Positions 61,243 through 64,000 of a DNA stretch of 64,000 nucleotides are shown here, one piece after another. Under the pieces are notes generated by a model. It was not told the DNA's origin and made no database searches. It worked only from the letters and a program-made list of their open reading frames with translations. How positions within the stretch are numbered: position 1 is the first letter of the stretch; each line of letters begins with the position of its first letter. Source of the DNA: a virus; the IMG/VR virus record IMGVR_UViG_3300022413_000008, positions 4,315 to 68,314 of that record, one strand, 5' to 3'. A program made the translations under genes and the position numbers.

Positions 61243-63641
61243 TTAATCCCTGCGCCAAACGGTGTAGCGAGATACCACTCAGTATCAGTAGGATTCAATG
61301 AAGCCGCAAGGTTGGGTGACACTCGGACACCCCCGAAGTTAACGTTCCAAGCATCTGCAGCATCTGTGATGGCCGCCCCATGCGTGGCACCCACCCCAGT
61401 AACCCAACCATGATTGCTCCACGCCCGTGCCGGGAATGCACTGTCAGGTGGGCGATTCGTATTCGTTGCGTTCATTCGCCTTGCGAAATCTTCCCGTGTC
61501 AATCGTGCTGAGGCGCTCTGATCCTGAGACACGACCACGATTGGTTCACCAACTCCTGTCGTTTGGAGCTTCACAGAACTCAAGTCGCGATCATCCGCAC
61601 GCGTGAAAAATCGGAGCCCTGGCGAATTGCGGGTGCGATAGATATTGTTCCCACGTAGAATCAGATCGTTCCAATACAATACGTTCACCAGCGGCCCGAT
61701 AGAAGCGCCTCCTCCATCACGGAAAAGATTGTTGGCAACCTCCCCATTCTGGTTTGAACCATGAACTGATTGACGGCCATAGGTGAACCCAAGCCGCAGG
61801 GAACAATCAAAAAAGACATTGCCCTCCACGCGAATATTCTCAGCCGGCCCACCAGTCCCCCCAATAATTACTCCATTCCGATAGAACGCATTGTCTACCA
61901 GTTCCAGTCCAAGCAGATTGGAGCTCGAGCTTCCGAAAAACTGGAGCGCTAGATCGAAATTCCCCAACACTAGGCAGCCCTCCACGCGTGTCGGGAATCT
62001 TGGGTCGTTATTCTGCAGATACAGCCCATGACCGGAATTGCCGATCGGGTCAATCCCTCCGTTGTTCATGATCAAGCAATGGGTTATCCGGTTCCCAAAG
62101 GGTGCCTGGCCAAACTGCCCGTAGCCCGATAGGCAGTCATGGAGATAGCACCCGGACACACGAACATTATGCCCGAAATTCGTAATAGCGGCGACGGGCA
62201 AGGGTGACGCCGTCCCCGGGGGCGCATCACCGTAATGATGATCCGTCAACACTCGATCCTGATCCGCCACGGTGCTGGAGATTTCCAGACCTTCCACCAC
62301 TAGATCGTGGCAGCTTGCCTCAATATGTAAAACACCGCCAGGCTGACGAGGGTTCTCTGGCTCCCCGTCACTCCGTATGTGTGCCCCAAACATACTGCTG
62401 GCCGCAATCCTTATCGGCTTGCTTCCGGTGCCTTCAACTCCTCTCAGCGCAACCTCAGGTAAAATCATGCCATCAGGGATCCAGATCGTATCCCCAGGCG
62501 ACGCTGCGGAAGCTACCCTTTCCAGGTCACCAGGCGCAGCAAGTTCTATCTCGTTGCCCCCAATACTTGTCCCTTGCCTTACCACTCCAGGGGCAAGCCA
62601 GACATCTGGCCCGTCATTCAAACTAAACTCATTGCCTGAGACCCGGACTGGATCCAACGCTCCGTAAATGGTGATCGCTCCGTGCTTGATGCCTGTTGAG
62701 TTGATGATCCTGTTCCCCAGGACTTCGACTCTACTAGCGACACGCCAGGTATCATTGATTGCTATCCAGCCATCTTCACAGTTCCGGCATGACCTAATCT
62801 CGTTGTTCACAATCCGTAACCCATCTACACCTTGCGTCACGATCGCCCGACCAGTGTCCTGACCGTCCATCCCCTCAATGTGATTATCCCTAATCTCGAC
62901 ATTCGAACAGACCTTCACATCAATTGCATCGGGCTGTCCGCCGAAAATGCCAGGATCCTGGATGTTGTTATCGATAATACGGATATTTCTATGCGGTTCT
63001 CCATTGCCTTCTTGTGCCCCTCCCCCAACATACACTGCTTCTCCGTACGTCGGGCCAATGTCACACCCGTTGATCTCAATGTTCGTCCCCGGAGACGCAA
63101 ATTGAGATGAACCTTCCGGCGCTCGCGCTGTCGGCACAACATAAATGCCTGGCCCGTTCGTCGCCGTATCCAAATGCCTGGCAGTAACGTTTCTGATCAA
63201 CCAATCTGACCCACTGATCGATATCAATTTGTCCGGCATGCCGTGTTCAACAACCAGATGCTCGATAGTCACGTTCGAAATCTGCCTATGATCACGGTTT
63301 TGGCTGTTGATCCCTCGGATTAGCCCTGGACCCTTAATCGTCAACCGGTGCTCCGATGTTTGTTTTTTCGAGAGGTCAAGTCGCTCATGAGCCCTGCCAA
63401 CTCCCATATTTTCCATCAATCTTAGCGTTACGGGGCCGCTTCTCAACGCCACGTTGGCACTTGCCCAAATGTCGTCCGACCGTTCAGGTAGCACGAAGAC
63501 TTTTTCCTCGCCGGGCTTTGGGTCTGGCTCTGGATCCGATGCCGCCTTTGAAGTCATGGAGGAAGTTACGCTCCCATCCTCCGATTCCGTTACTGTAATC
63601 TCATACTTCTCCGTCGAATTTTGGTATAATGTCGTTGGCAT
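61224..63641 (-). CDS. Right-handed beta-helix protein (two domains; tailspike/depolymerase-like)
   Basis: NVTIEHL, NIRIIDNNI, NVEIRDNHI, GHGLYLQN and NIRVEGNVF coil repeats. Confidence 0.8.
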   Translation of the reverse strand: MPTTLYQNSTEKYEITVTESEDGSVTSSMTSKAASDPEPDPKPGEEKVFVLPERSDDIWASANVALRSGPVTLRLMENMGVGRAHERLDLSKKQTSEHRLTIKGPGLIRGINSQNRDHRQISNVTIEHLVVEHGMPDKLISISGSDWLIRNVTARHLDTATNGPGIYVVPTARAPEGSSQFASPGTNIEINGCDIGPTYGEAVYVGGGAQEGNGEPHRNIRIIDNNIQDPGIFGGQPDAIDVKVCSNVEIRDNHIEGMDGQDTGRAIVTQGVDGLRIVNNEIRSCRNCEDGWIAINDTWRVASRVEVLGNRIINSTGIKHGAITIYGALDPVRVSGNEFSLNDGPDVWLAPGVVRQGTSIGGNEIELAAPGDLERVASAASPGDTIWIPDGMILPEVALRGVEGTGSKPIRIAASSMFGAHIRSDGEPENPRQPGGVLHIEASCHDLVVEGLEISSTVADQDRVLTDHHYGDAPPGTASPLPVAAITNFGHNVRVSGCYLHDCLSGYGQFGQAPFGNRITHCLIMNNGGIDPIGNSGHGLYLQNNDPRFPTRVEGCLVLGNFDLALQFFGSSSSNLLGLELVDNAFYRNGVIIGGTGGPAENIRVEGNVFFDCSLRLGFTYGRQSVHGSNQNGEVANNLFRDGGGASIGPLVNVLYWNDLILRGNNIYRTRNSPGLRFFTRADDRDLSSVKLQTTGVGEPIVVVSQDQSASARLTREDFARRMNATNTNRPPDSAFPARAWSNHGWVTGVGATHGAAITDAADAWNVNFGGVRVSPNLAASLNPTDTEWYLATPFGAGIKWEGSR

Positions 63642-63643
63642 AC

Positions 63644-63976
63644 TTACACTTTCGCTTTCATTTCTTTCACCACTTCCCAAAAGGCCTCAGGGATATCTTT
63701 TGGATCTGAATTTGTGATATGATTTTTCCGAAAGTGGCTGATCGGATCCATCGACTCAGTCATGGCCGAGCACTCAGCCTTCACTCTGGCTTGTTCAAGC
63801 CTCCGAATGATGTCCAGATCGACCTTTGGCTTTTGCAACACTTCCACAAATGACCGCAAACTGCACAAAAGCACCTGTGGGTGGTCTTTAATATGGCAGT
63901 AGAATAGCTCATACACCCCGTCAACCCAGTGAGCATGGGCTTTTAGCCAGTCAGAATACTGTTCACCCAGGAGCAT
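63644..63976 (-). CDS. Hypothetical protein
   Basis: 110 aa ORF near the window edge. Confidence 0.6.
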   Translation of the reverse strand: MLLGEQYSDWLKAHAHWVDGVYELFYCHIKDHPQVLLCSLRSFVEVLQKPKVDLDIIRRLEQARVKAECSAMTESMDPISHFRKNHITNSDPKDIPEAFWEVVKEMKAKV

Positions 63977-64000
63977 CGTCCGCGCCGCTGTTCGGTAGTC

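Larger units (their letters stand above)
1..64000. mobile_element. Tailed dsDNA bacteriophage genome segment (podovirus-like, possibly temperate)
   Basis: Terminase, portal, scaffold, capsid, tail-collar fibre, giant internal protein, SSB, DnaC-like loader and dense small ORFs; no host genes or att junction visible. Confidence 0.95.

Noticed and set aside
33357-63641. Many late genes begin Met-Pro
   Set aside because: The pattern is visible, but small residues at position 2 are common after Met removal, and I could not test enrichment.
1-64000. Alternative genetic code, tRNA genes, introns/inteins, prophage-host junction
   Set aside because: Genes tile tightly under the standard code with all three stops used. 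I found no tRNA T-loop/cloverleaf, splicing motif or host gene by eye; tRNAscan would be decisive.

Overview
The whole 64 kb window reads as one tailed dsDNA phage genome segment with podovirus-like architecture. I see no host housekeeping genes, rRNA, tRNA or CRISPR array. The + strand from 1 to 23.8 kb holds about 25 small early ORFs (including a DUF932-like gene). It then carries a recombination/replication module: probable annealing protein, Cas4-like PD-(D/E)XK nuclease, endonuclease, MazG-like protein, SSB, initiator-like protein, DnaC-like loader and a tyrosine recombinase. It ends in a coupled cluster of glycosyltransferase, methyltransferase and cupin genes. The - strand from 23.7 to 64 kb holds a 2955-aa ejection/polyvalent-type protein, other internal and tail proteins, a tail-collar fibre, a GT4 enzyme, adaptor, major capsid, scaffold and portal, followed by lectin-like, fibre-like and beta-helix genes. 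The terminase large subunit and a small csp-containing island are inverted onto the + strand. The most unusual element is at 7.0-8.9 kb: an Sm/LSm-like gene, a hairpin, then five translationally coupled paralogous mini-ORFs built from an NGGNCA hexamer. Its variation is synonymous or His/Gln in the +1 (Gly-His/Gln) frame rather than in the frame carrying the start codons. Other leads are a hairpin-dense non-coding stretch at 137-445, the large glycosylation toolkit, an Acb2/Tad1-like protein and back-to-back leaderless-type promoters at terL. All family calls come from motif recognition by eye, not from database searches.
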